Assembly (NCBI GenBank): GCA_048571215.1
Contig: CP182352.1
Span: forward strand, 1,888,001 to 1,952,000
Origin: Halarcobacter sp.
GTDB lineage: Bacteria > Campylobacterota > Campylobacteria > Campylobacterales > Arcobacteraceae
Length of the DNA stretch: 64,000 bases
Direction of reading: 5' to 3'
Notes under the pieces: model-generated
The model's input: the letters and a program-made list of their open reading frames with translations, nothing else
Told to the model about the DNA's origin: nothing
The model's database searches: none
Made by a program: the position numbers and the translations under genes
Shown: positions 10,204-19,992 of the stretch, piece after piece
How positions within the stretch are numbered: the first letter of the stretch is position 1
Layout of the letters: every line of letters starts with the position of its first letter

Positions 10204-11130
10204 TTAGAAAACTGGACTTGATGGTGGCATTTCTATTGATGTGTCAGTAGGTGTTGGTACACTATAATCATTTGGGTTTACAAATGTTAGGTTTCCAAAG
10301 TTTACTACATCATTGTTTGCAGTAAATATATCACTTTGTGCTATAAATGTTGTATTATCAAAAGTTGTTTCACCCTCAAATACTTTTAACACAACTTCTT
10401 GATTAAAATAGTCTGCATTGATTTGAATAGCTGACACTGTTTTGCTTAGCATTGTTCCTTGAAATAGTGTAAACTCACCACTACTATTTGCATTTGATTG
10501 GTCTATATTTTGTGTAGAGTATATAAAAACAGTATAAGGTAAACCATTTACTCTAAGGCTTGCTTTTGAAGCAATTTCATCTCCACCTATTCCCCATGCT
10601 CTATAATCAAACATTTTAAAAATCATATCAAAATTAGCTGTTGCTTTTATCCAATAACCTTGATTTGGTAAACTTTCACCTCTTGAATAATTTATTGACT
10701 TTAAATATGTAAAAGAACTTGTATTCCCTACTCCTCCACCTGTTGCTTTTTCAACTTCTGGGTAATTTGCTAAATCAGAAGCTTGTATAGTTTCAAATGG
10801 ATAAATTAAATTCCAACCCTGTTTTAATGCAATTTTTGTTGGTACAGAAGATTTTGTATAAGTAAGTGTAGTATTATTTAAAGATTTTACCCAATAAGCC
10901 TGTCCTAGAAGAAAATCTCCTCTTGAATAATTTATTGACTTTAAATATGTAAAAGCATTTGTATTTCCTTCTCCTCCACCTGTTGCTTTTTCTATATTTG
11001 AATTATTTGAAAGTATTGAAGCACTATCAGTTGACGGTATACCTATTAGATTCCATCCCTCTTTTAACTCTAAACTATCAGCTAATAAAAAAGAACTACT
11101 TAACAGTAAAAATAAATACATTTTTTTCAT
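10204..11130 (-). CDS. Secreted protein: two 'GWNL' repeats plus a C-terminal domain shared with 11133..11507
   Basis: Signal peptide; LKEGWNLIG..AYWVK and LKQGWNLIY..GYWIK; 240-bp-period DNA repeat (10679-10752 vs 10919-10992); FDYRAWGIGGDEIASK; Pro-rich tail. Confidence 0.75.
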   Translation of the reverse strand: MKKMYLFLLLSSSFLLADSLELKEGWNLIGIPSTDSASILSNNSNIEKATGGGEGNTNAFTYLKSINYSRGDFLLGQAYWVKSLNNTTLTYTKSSVPTKIALKQGWNLIYPFETIQASDLANYPEVEKATGGGVGNTSSFTYLKSINYSRGESLPNQGYWIKATANFDMIFKMFDYRAWGIGGDEIASKASLRVNGLPYTVFIYSTQNIDQSNANSSGEFTLFQGTMLSKTVSAIQINADYFNQEVVLKVFEGETTFDNTTFIAQSDIFTANNDVVNFGNLTFVNPNDYSVPTPTDTSIEMPPSSPVF

Positions 11131-11132
11131 AA

Positions 11133-11507
11133 TTAATCCTTTTGTATTGTAATTGAAAATTTAATTACATCCTTATCTAAAAAAAGTTCTTCACTTTCTC
11201 CTACTAGCTTTCCATTTTTGAAAGCTTTTATTAAAATTGGTTGTAGCTTATAGTTTGAAGCTAATTTTATAGGTTCCACTTTTTTACCATTTACTGTCCC
11301 AAATAAAAGTGTAAAATCACCATCTAAATTTACATCATCTTTTTTAATATCTAAAAAAGAGAAAGGCAGAAGAGTAATCTCTTCAGCCTCTAACTTAATA
11401 GATGATTTAGAAGTAATTTCATTTCCACCAATATCATAAGCTCTATATTCAAAAGCATTTAAAGCTAGAGCACATATAAGTACTAAGAAAAAATTCCTTA
11501 TCACCAT
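11133..11507 (-). CDS. Small secreted protein, single domain homologous to the C-terminal half of 10204..11130
   Basis: Signal peptide (ALNA|F); FEYRAYDIGGNEITSK..GDFTLLFGT vs FDYRAWGIGGDEIASK..GEFTLFQGT. Confidence 0.75.
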   Translation of the reverse strand: MVIRNFFLVLICALALNAFEYRAYDIGGNEITSKSSIKLEAEEITLLPFSFLDIKKDDVNLDGDFTLLFGTVNGKKVEPIKLASNYKLQPILIKAFKNGKLVGESEELFLDKDVIKFSITIQKD

Positions 11508-11514
11508 TTATCCT

Positions 11515-14500
11515 TTATTTACTTAGAATTTCATCGAAATCTAAAGTTTCACCATCTGCGGGTATAGCTTTGTATCCAGTTGATGTTACAAGATTTCCAT
11601 TTGAGTCAAATACTTTTAACATCAAGTAGCCATTACTTGCATGAGCAGGATCTAATCCAAATACCTCTTGAGTCCCATTCACTTTAAATGAAACAAAGAC
11701 ACCAATTCCACTTCCTTGTACAACTTCTGTAGAACTATATGCTTTAATTGTATAATTTCCTATAGTTATAGTTACTGGATTTGTTAAAGCATCTATTGAA
11801 GTAATCTCTTCAACTGAAGAAGCAGTAATAGTTGCATTATCAACCCCATTAGCTGTATCATTTTGGAAATAATATGTAAAACTATTTCCTCCATTTGCAA
11901 CTATTCTTTCCTCATCATCAGTTGAAATCTTTGCATCTGAATTTGTAGGTTCAGTTTCATCGTTACCGCAAGTAACTGAAAAAATATTTGTATCAAACTC
12001 TTTCCATCTTCCATAACAAGTAGATTCTAAAACTCCACCCATATATCCAACTTCAACATATCTACCATTTAGATAGAATATGCTTGACATGTAATCTCCT
12101 CCACCAAGATCAATTAATACAACTTTATTAGAAACTACAGCCGAAACATTCAATCCTGTCATATCTTCAAAGAAATCCATAGCATTAGTACCAGACCAAA
12201 TATAATCAGTTTCTGTAAATCCTGCTTGTTTTTCTTGAGATTGAACGATATTATTATTTCCATCTAAACTAAAGCTATGTAATATTTTATAGTTTGCAGA
12301 TAAATCTACATCAATACTATCACTATCAGAAGTCCATCCTCCAACAACTGTTGTACTAGGTGTATACATAGGATTATTGTTATTATCATATCCATTAAAT
12401 GTTCCAAGTACAACTTCTCCAGTTGGTTTTAACATAAATACTTCTGGTTCTTGGAAATATGTATATCCATCAGTCAATCTTTGAACTAAACCTGATATAT
12501 CATGACTCAAATCATTATTATAGTCCCAATTCCAATTCCAAGTGTTTTGTTCTGTTTCTGTTTGCCCATCAGCTATTGTACAAGTGTTATTTGTTCTATA
12601 AAGGTCACTATATACAGTCTCTTTATACACATTTACTTTTTGAGTATCACTTGACACGCAATTCATAACACCAGCAAAACTAAATGACTTTCCATCTGGT
12701 GCTAGTGTTATTGGATTTGTTTCACTTTTTTGAAATTCAAATACACCATTATTCTTGTCATACATATTCATTGTCATTTCACTAGAAGTAAAAGTTGTTA
12801 CATCATACCAAGTTGAATCATCACTAAAGATTACAGTGTCACCTGCTGAGATTGATGCAGTTGGATATGTTAAATCTACGGCAGAAAAACCTTTAACTTT
12901 TACAACCGTTGTTTCATCTCTAGGATCTGGTGTTGTAGTTGTAGTATTTACTCTACTTCTAATACCTGCACTTGTAAATCCTAAATTATAATTTTCTGAA
13001 TTTGGGATAGTGAAAGTATCTGTTGCAATAGTAGTTGTACCCTCTTTTACAGTGAATGTAATCACTCCAGTTGAAGAATCAACACTAATACTTGGATTTA
13101 AATCTTTACCTACATAACTTCCTGTTGAAATTAACGTTGTATTTGTTAACTCTTGAGTTGTTTTATTTCCATTTGTATCATATGTGTCTAAATCTATTAA
13201 ATAAATAATTGAACTCTTTTTGATAGAAATCTTAGTAAAAAGTCCAGTTAAACTATGTTTAGAGTCATCCATATAAGCAACTAGTTCAACTCTTTGAGCA
13301 TTTGCTGCTGCATTTTCTAAAGATACCGTTGCTTGAACAGTTGATTTTTTATTATCAAATGAAGTTTTAATTTCACTTATAGAATCTGTAGCATCATCTT
13401 TTTGTGATGTTAACGTTACTATATGGGTTGTATCATCATACGTAACATCATTTCCTGTTACTGTATATTTAGATGAATCTTTTCTCTCAACAAAATCATA
13501 TCCATATTCTGTAAATGATATTGCTCCCATAGATTGTGTATCAACTGCACTTGTACCATCTTCACTTAGTGCATAATATTTTGTTGGGTCAGCAGTATAA
13601 TTAGCAACTAATAAATCAACTAGTGCTTTAAAATCACTATTTGCATAATCAGTTTCAGCTTGTTGCGTAAAGTTAAATAGATAAGAATATCCAGAACCTG
13701 AACTTTGTGTTTCCATACTAACTACTTTGTCTACTAAATAGTTAGAGATAGCTACTCCAATATATACTACTATTTTAGGTTGTGCACCTGAATCAATAAA
13801 ATTAGAGTTGATTGCAGTTTGAGCAAGTTTAACAGAAGCATTTAATGCATCTGAATAAGGTGAAACTAAATCTCCACTTCCATCAAGTGCTACATTAGGA
13901 GTCAAACCATAGTCTGTCATACTTAAGAAAGTATTTACTGCAATAATAGCATGCATGATTGGATAATCTGATGCTTGAACTGTAGAACCTGAGAACAATG
14001 ACATAGGGTCAACATCTAAATCAGACTCAGATATACCTGAAATACCTGCTACTGTTAAGATATCTATGATTTGAGTTTTTGTAAATCCATTTAAATTCAT
14101 TGTTGTTAATGGTGATGTTATAGGATTATCAACACTTGATTTTAATAAACCTTCAAATGGTACACCAACGTGTGAACCTTTTACAGTACCTAACATGATA
14201 ATTGGAGTTCCATCTGGTTGAATCTGACTAAATGTGAAGTAACCATTTTCATCAGTTACAGTAGATACTGGTTCATTTGTATCACAAGTATCATTTTTGT
14301 TTAAGTCTGCGCAAAATTGAGCCCCAATAATATATGGATCAACCGCTACATGAGCTTCTTTTACAGTGACATCAACTGTTACAGGAGTTGAACTAGCTGT
14401 TCCATCACTTGCTACTATAGTAAATGAATCACTTGAAGTGTTAGAACTTGATGTATATGTATATGAACCATCACTGTTTACTACTGCACTACCATAAGAA

Positions 14501-17500
14501 GCATCAGTTCCTAAAGAGTAAGTTAATGTTGCATCATCATTATCTACATCACTTGCTGTTACACTTCCTGATACACTTTGACCAACATAAACTGTCTTAC
14601 TATCACCTGATGTGAAAGTTGGTGCATCATTTACAGCATCAATTGTAAAAGCAACAGTTGCTTGGTTTGTTGAATCATCTATACCATCATTTACAGTATA
14701 TTGGAAACTTGCCGCTCCATTATAATCTGCATCTGGTGTAAACTCTATGTTAGTACCAACAATAGTAACAGTACCATTAATAGGGTTTGATACAGAAGAG
14801 ATTGTTAAACTATCATTATCTCCATCAGTATCATTTTGTACTAAGTCTGCTATTGCAATTGTTAGTTTTGTATCTTCATTTGTACCAGTTACACTATCAT
14901 CTACTGCTACTGGTTTTGTGTTATCAGTAACAGTGATTGTAGCTGTTGCTGTATTTGAAGTTAAGTTTGTCTCATCTTCGATAGTATAAGTAAATGTAAC
15001 AACTCCTGAGAAGTTTGCATCTGGCGTAAATACAATAGAACCATCACTTATATCACTATCTGTGAAAGTTCCTCCTGTAGTTGGTGTTCCAAGAGTTTTT
15101 ACACTTAACTGTGCTCCTGTGTCTGCATCAGTATCATTTCCTAATAATTGTGCACTTGTAATTGTAAGTGGTTTATTAATAGCTGTACTAAATGAATCAT
15201 TATTTGCTACTGGTGCATCATCTATAGCATTTACAGTTAATCCTACTGTTGCAGTTGTAGCTGAATCATCTGTTCCATCATTTACTGTATATTCAAAACT
15301 TGCTGCTCCATTATAATTTGCTATAGGAGTAAAGATAATATCACTTCCACTTATTGCTACTGTTCCACCTTGTGGATTACTTACTGATACAATATCTAAA
15401 GTATCTTGTTCTACATCATTATCATTAGCTAGTAGTGAAGCTTTTGAGATAGTAATAGGTGTATCTTCATCTGTTGAACCTGCATTATCATTACTTGGCA
15501 CTGGTGCATCATTTACTGAACTTATTGTTAATCCAACTGTTACACTATTTGCTGAGCTTGCTGTTCCATCAAAAACTTTATAATCAAAGCTTGCTGGCCC
15601 ATTGTAGTTTTCTGTTGGTGTAAATACTATATTTGTACCTACAACTGCTACTGTACCACCTTGTGGATTGCTTAAATCACTATTTAAAATAGTTAAGCTA
15701 TCACTATCTGCATCTATATCGTTTGCAACTAAACTTGATATTGCTATTGTAAGCTCAGTATCTTCTGGTGTTGTTCCACCATTTGCAACACCAACTGCTA
15801 CTGGAGTATCATTTACATTTGTAACTGTAATAGTAAATGTTTGTGATACTTTTTCATTTGATTCATCTGTTGCTGTTACTTTCATAATATGGTCACCAAT
15901 TAAAGAATCATCCCCATTTGGTGTAACATCTAATAATCCAGTAGTAGGATTAAAACTCATCCATTGAGGTAATAATGTACCATTTGAATATGTAACATCA
16001 TATGTTAATACATCATTTGCATCAATATCTTCAAAACCAGGAGTTACATCCACTTGAATTGTACTATTTTCATCTAATGTTTTATTTGTTAATTGAGTTT
16101 TTACAACTGGTGCATCATTTACATTAGTAACTTCAAGATTGAAAGATGATAATGCAACAGGAGTACTTTTTCCATCTGTTACAGTTATTGAGATTGCATT
16201 TGTAGTACCAACATCATCATTTGTTGGAGTACCACTTAATTTACCTGTTGCAGTATCAAATGTAGCCCATGATGGTTTATTTGTTATTGCAAAGGTTAAG
16301 GTATCTGCTGCATCTACATCATTTGCTGTTGGAGTAAAGCTATATTCTGTATCTTCTGCAATAGTTGTTGCAGGTGTTCCAGAGATAGTTGGAAGGTCAT
16401 TTACATCTGTAACCTCAATACTAAATGGACTTAAAGAAACTTTATCTCCCGCTTCTGTAACAGAGATTATAATATTTGAATAAGTTCCAACATCATCATT
16501 TGACGGTGTACCACTTAATTCACCTGTAGTTGTATTAAATGTAGCCCATGATGGTTTGTTTTCAATACTAAATGTTAAGTTTGCACTGTTATCATCATAT
16601 GCTGTTGGTACAAAACTATAATTTCCATCTTGTGCAATAGTTGTTGTAGGTGTACCAGATATTACAGGAACTGCCGGAATATCACTAAACTCTTTTACCG
16701 TTAAATTTACAGTTGTTGTATCTGTTGCATTTGAACCATCAGTTACTTTGATTGTAAATGTATGCAATACTTCACCAGTAACTGTTGGTGCTGTACCACT
16801 TATAGTTCCAGTTGAAGAATCAATAGATACAAATGCTGGTGCATTTTCTAGAGTAAATGTTTTTGTTTCACCATCACCTTTATCCTCTACACTAACACTA
16901 TAATTAAAAACTGTACCTTGAGTGATAGTTTTTTCTATTGTTTCTGGTGTTAAAACTGGTGTATAGTTTCCAACTGTAATATCAAATGGAGGAATAAATA
17001 CTTGACCACCTGAATTTTTAGCAGTGATTCTAATATCTGAATAAGTAGTTTGTTGAGAAACTTTTGTTGGAGTTCCACTTAATACACCTGTAACTGTATT
17101 AAATATTGCCCAATCAGGTTTACGTGAAATAGTCCAAGATGTTGCATTTTGTGCTTGTGGTTCAAACTTATATTCACTACCTGTAGTAACAGTTGTTGCA
17201 GGAGTATTTGTACCTAATGTTGGTGCTGCCATAACAGTTTGAGATACAAATTTTGTACTAAATCCACCAACAGTCAATGTTGTTTCAGTTTTTTCATTAT
17301 TATTTGAACTTGATGTATGTCTTACTCTAATAGTATCTCCATCTGTTACTGTACTATTAGCTGATGTCCATGTAACACCTTTATCTAAAGAATATTCACC
17401 ACCACTAACTGAAATAGAAGTTGCAGTATTGATTCCTTTAATAGTTTTTTCAGCTGATTCTATAAGTGTATTTAATGCAACATCATTTTTAAATGCAAAA

Positions 17501-19629
17501 CCAAATTGAACAGGTGTTGTATCTGCTGGTGCTGCTGTAAATGAAATAAAACTTGTTTCATAATCACCAACTGTTAATTTAGTTTCTGTTTTTTCTAAAC
17601 TATCTGCTGAAGAAGTATGTTTTACAATAACTGTATCACCTACACTTACTGTTCCTTTATCTGATGTCCATGTTGAACCATTATCTAAACTATACTCACC
17701 ATTTTCTATAGAAATAGCAGTATCAGCATCAATTCCTGAGATAGTGATACTATTTGAAGTGATTTCACTATCAGTTGATGTATCTTTTTTAATATCGAAC
17801 ATAAATTCATCTGGAGTTGTATCATCCACACCATCTGCAACTTTTGTAACTGATACAAAATCTGTTTCATATCTACCAATCATAAGAGTTGATGTAGTTT
17901 TTGTATTATTCTCTTTTGATGCGATATGTCGAACCATCACTTTATCACCACTTGAAAGTGTACCATCTTGATCTGTCCATGTCGTACCACTATCAAGAGA
18001 ATATTCACCATCTTCTATTTTAATATTTACACTTCCTGTAATACCTGAAATAGTTTTTTCAGTTGAAACTATATATTCATCATTTGTATCTGTACTTAAT
18101 AAAGTATCATATTGAGTTGCAAAAGTAAATGCATCAGGTAACAAATCTTGTCCCATTGTAACCGATACAAAAGGTACTTTAACTTCACTGTCGCCTGAAC
18201 CAAAAGTTAATACAGATTTTGTAACTGTTTTATAAGAAGATGCTGTAGTATGTCTAACATAAATTGTATAACCATTATATATAGTACCACTACTAATCCA
18301 AGTCTGTCCTCCATCTAAACTAAACTTACCTATATCAATAGAAACAGGGGTTGCAGCATTAATACCAGAAACTGTAGTAGAAGTACTAACTTGACTATTT
18401 AAAGGTTCCCCATTATCACTATTACCATTTTTAACAGCAAATGCAATTGGAGTAATTTTTGTATCTGCTACAAATGGATCTGATTGAGTTTCAACTTTAA
18501 AATCAACTGGTACACCACCAATAGTTACAATAGCTTTTACTTTTGTATCATAAGTACTTGAAGATGTCATTTTAACTTTAAGTAAATCACCATTATTTAT
18601 AGTTGCATCAGTAGTTGTACTATCTATCCAAGTTGTTCCACCATCTTTTGAAAAGCTTGCATTTGAACTAATACTAACCTTTGCAGTCCCTCCATAAATT
18701 CCATTTACTATAATCTCGTTAGAGGTATATTCAGTAGATAAAAAGGCTTCATTTATATCATCAAACTCTAAACTTGAATCAAAAGATAATTTACCAGTTA
18801 AAGAGCTATCATCTCTAGCAACTTTATTTTCAACTTCAACATTTGACTCAATATTGGTTGCTATTGTAGATAAATCTACATTTTTCTCTTGTTGTTTAAT
18901 TTCATCTATAGCAACAATTGCTTCACTATCAATCTCATCATCTGTTTCTAAATCATCTGCAATTTGATCTAAAACTTTTTCAGGGTTAGATGTTTTAAGT
19001 AAAGATGCAGATAACTTTAAAAGTTGTGTATTTGCAGCTTTATTTGTAGCATCATCACCATTTGTTAAATCCAAATCTTCTAAATTTGCACCATTTAAGT
19101 CAATATTAAAAGCTTTAGCAACTTTTGCTTTAGCTTCCTCTTTTACAGTTGATAAGGCTACAGTTTGACTATTTTTAGCTGCTTCGCTTAAAGAAGCTAA
19201 AATACTTTTTGCTGCAACATGTGTCAAAATATTAACATTTACATTTGAGTCAACAGAATTTGTCATATCCACAACAGCAGTTAATAAACCTCCAGGGATA
19301 AATTGACCTGTATTTTCATCAAGATAAGAACCTTTTACAGTAAGAAGAGTTACCCCTGTCCAAGGAACAGACATAGAAAATTTACCTTTTTTATTGATTG
19401 TTGAAGTAGCAAAATCTGTACCATCTGTACTACCATAACTTGCAACTCCCGCATTATCAAATGTGATTTTTTGTGCAGTTACAATTGACCCCTCTTTAAA
19501 AGGTCCCTTTGCAGGAAGACCACCTGCACCACCTACACTAGAGGAACTTCCTCCTCCACCACAACCAACTAGCATACCTGCTAGAACTATTGAACTGGCC
19601 ATTGTTTTAAATGTTTTTTTGCTAATCAC
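11515..19629 (-). CDS. Giant surface lipoprotein/adhesin (2704 aa) with Ig-like, cadherin-like and other beta-sandwich repeats
   Basis: GTG start with AAGGAG RBS; lipobox LVG|C followed by a G/S linker; about five ~100-aa repeats (DTTP..F..ISGI..GEYSLD.G.TW); putative-Ig repeats (KPSWATF...TG.LSGTP); cadherin-like repeats (VNDAPVA.ND..EDT..LL.ND.D..FTP..NYNG.ASF.Y); DPYIIGAQFCADLN motif. Confidence 0.88.
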   Translation of the reverse strand: MISKKTFKTMASSIVLAGMLVGCGGGGSSSSVGGAGGLPAKGPFKEGSIVTAQKITFDNAGVASYGSTDGTDFATSTINKKGKFSMSVPWTGVTLLTVKGSYLDENTGQFIPGGLLTAVVDMTNSVDSNVNVNILTHVAAKSILASLSEAAKNSQTVALSTVKEEAKAKVAKAFNIDLNGANLEDLDLTNGDDATNKAANTQLLKLSASLLKTSNPEKVLDQIADDLETDDEIDSEAIVAIDEIKQQEKNVDLSTIATNIESNVEVENKVARDDSSLTGKLSFDSSLEFDDINEAFLSTEYTSNEIIVNGIYGGTAKVSISSNASFSKDGGTTWIDSTTTDATINNGDLLKVKMTSSSTYDTKVKAIVTIGGVPVDFKVETQSDPFVADTKITPIAFAVKNGNSDNGEPLNSQVSTSTTVSGINAATPVSIDIGKFSLDGGQTWISSGTIYNGYTIYVRHTTASSYKTVTKSVLTFGSGDSEVKVPFVSVTMGQDLLPDAFTFATQYDTLLSTDTNDEYIVSTEKTISGITGSVNIKIEDGEYSLDSGTTWTDQDGTLSSGDKVMVRHIASKENNTKTTSTLMIGRYETDFVSVTKVADGVDDTTPDEFMFDIKKDTSTDSEITSNSITISGIDADTAISIENGEYSLDNGSTWTSDKGTVSVGDTVIVKHTSSADSLEKTETKLTVGDYETSFISFTAAPADTTPVQFGFAFKNDVALNTLIESAEKTIKGINTATSISVSGGEYSLDKGVTWTSANSTVTDGDTIRVRHTSSSNNNEKTETTLTVGGFSTKFVSQTVMAAPTLGTNTPATTVTTGSEYKFEPQAQNATSWTISRKPDWAIFNTVTGVLSGTPTKVSQQTTYSDIRITAKNSGGQVFIPPFDITVGNYTPVLTPETIEKTITQGTVFNYSVSVEDKGDGETKTFTLENAPAFVSIDSSTGTISGTAPTVTGEVLHTFTIKVTDGSNATDTTTVNLTVKEFSDIPAVPVISGTPTTTIAQDGNYSFVPTAYDDNSANLTFSIENKPSWATFNTTTGELSGTPSNDDVGTYSNIIISVTEAGDKVSLSPFSIEVTDVNDLPTISGTPATTIAEDTEYSFTPTANDVDAADTLTFAITNKPSWATFDTATGKLSGTPTNDDVGTTNAISITVTDGKSTPVALSSFNLEVTNVNDAPVVKTQLTNKTLDENSTIQVDVTPGFEDIDANDVLTYDVTYSNGTLLPQWMSFNPTTGLLDVTPNGDDSLIGDHIMKVTATDESNEKVSQTFTITVTNVNDTPVAVGVANGGTTPEDTELTIAISSLVANDIDADSDSLTILNSDLSNPQGGTVAVVGTNIVFTPTENYNGPASFDYKVFDGTASSANSVTVGLTISSVNDAPVPSNDNAGSTDEDTPITISKASLLANDNDVEQDTLDIVSVSNPQGGTVAISGSDIIFTPIANYNGAASFEYTVNDGTDDSATTATVGLTVNAIDDAPVANNDSFSTAINKPLTITSAQLLGNDTDADTGAQLSVKTLGTPTTGGTFTDSDISDGSIVFTPDANFSGVVTFTYTIEDETNLTSNTATATITVTDNTKPVAVDDSVTGTNEDTKLTIAIADLVQNDTDGDNDSLTISSVSNPINGTVTIVGTNIEFTPDADYNGAASFQYTVNDGIDDSTNQATVAFTIDAVNDAPTFTSGDSKTVYVGQSVSGSVTASDVDNDDATLTYSLGTDASYGSAVVNSDGSYTYTSSSNTSSDSFTIVASDGTASSTPVTVDVTVKEAHVAVDPYIIGAQFCADLNKNDTCDTNEPVSTVTDENGYFTFSQIQPDGTPIIMLGTVKGSHVGVPFEGLLKSSVDNPITSPLTTMNLNGFTKTQIIDILTVAGISGISESDLDVDPMSLFSGSTVQASDYPIMHAIIAVNTFLSMTDYGLTPNVALDGSGDLVSPYSDALNASVKLAQTAINSNFIDSGAQPKIVVYIGVAISNYLVDKVVSMETQSSGSGYSYLFNFTQQAETDYANSDFKALVDLLVANYTADPTKYYALSEDGTSAVDTQSMGAISFTEYGYDFVERKDSSKYTVTGNDVTYDDTTHIVTLTSQKDDATDSISEIKTSFDNKKSTVQATVSLENAAANAQRVELVAYMDDSKHSLTGLFTKISIKKSSIIYLIDLDTYDTNGNKTTQELTNTTLISTGSYVGKDLNPSISVDSSTGVITFTVKEGTTTIATDTFTIPNSENYNLGFTSAGIRSRVNTTTTTPDPRDETTVVKVKGFSAVDLTYPTASISAGDTVIFSDDSTWYDVTTFTSSEMTMNMYDKNNGVFEFQKSETNPITLAPDGKSFSFAGVMNCVSSDTQKVNVYKETVYSDLYRTNNTCTIADGQTETEQNTWNWNWDYNNDLSHDISGLVQRLTDGYTYFQEPEVFMLKPTGEVVLGTFNGYDNNNNPMYTPSTTVVGGWTSDSDSIDVDLSANYKILHSFSLDGNNNIVQSQEKQAGFTETDYIWSGTNAMDFFEDMTGLNVSAVVSNKVVLIDLGGGDYMSSIFYLNGRYVEVGYMGGVLESTCYGRWKEFDTNIFSVTCGNDETEPTNSDAKISTDDEERIVANGGNSFTYYFQNDTANGVDNATITASSVEEITSIDALTNPVTITIGNYTIKAYSSTEVVQGSGIGVFVSFKVNGTQEVFGLDPAHASNGYLMLKVFDSNGNLVTSTGYKAIPADGETLDFDEILSK

Positions 19630-19656
19630 AACAACTCCTTAAAAAATTTATTTACT

Positions 19657-19692
19657 ATTATAACTAAAGATTGTCTCAATTTTGTCTCAATT
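19657..19692 (-). promoter_or_regulatory. Promoter of giant lipoprotein operon: -10 TATAAT with an 11-bp tandem direct repeat upstream
   Basis: TATAAT at 19662-19657; perfect TTGTCTCAATT x2 at 19671-19692. Confidence 0.55.
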
Positions 19693-19801
19693 TTACAAAA
19701 ATTAAAATTTGTTGTAATTATGTAATTTTTTTGTAACTTATTAGTTATTTATTTATACACAGTTATAAAATCTAATAGATATCAATTACATTTTCTAGCA
19801 G

Positions 19802-19966
19802 TTTTTTTGCTTGTTTTAGTGCTTCATTTGCTTATAGTAAAAGGTGTTTCTCTTGGGATAATAAAGTTGCTAAAAGAGTACTAACTCCAATACTTATGGT
19901 TAAAATATTTTAAGCAATAGAGTTTTCATGGGGAATATTTAATTATCTAATAGATTTAAGAAATTT
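19802..19966 (-). pseudogene. Decayed C-terminal fragment of a GGDEF diguanylate cyclase
   Basis: Hand translation KFLKSIR*LNIPHENSIA*NILTISIGVSTLLATLLSQEKHLLL*ANEALKQAKK matches the GGDEF tail; compare LNIKHSYS..LLTVSIGIT..NADQALYKAK in 26654..27619. Confidence 0.75.
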
Positions 19967-19992
19967 TTATACATTTTATTTACAATTAAATT

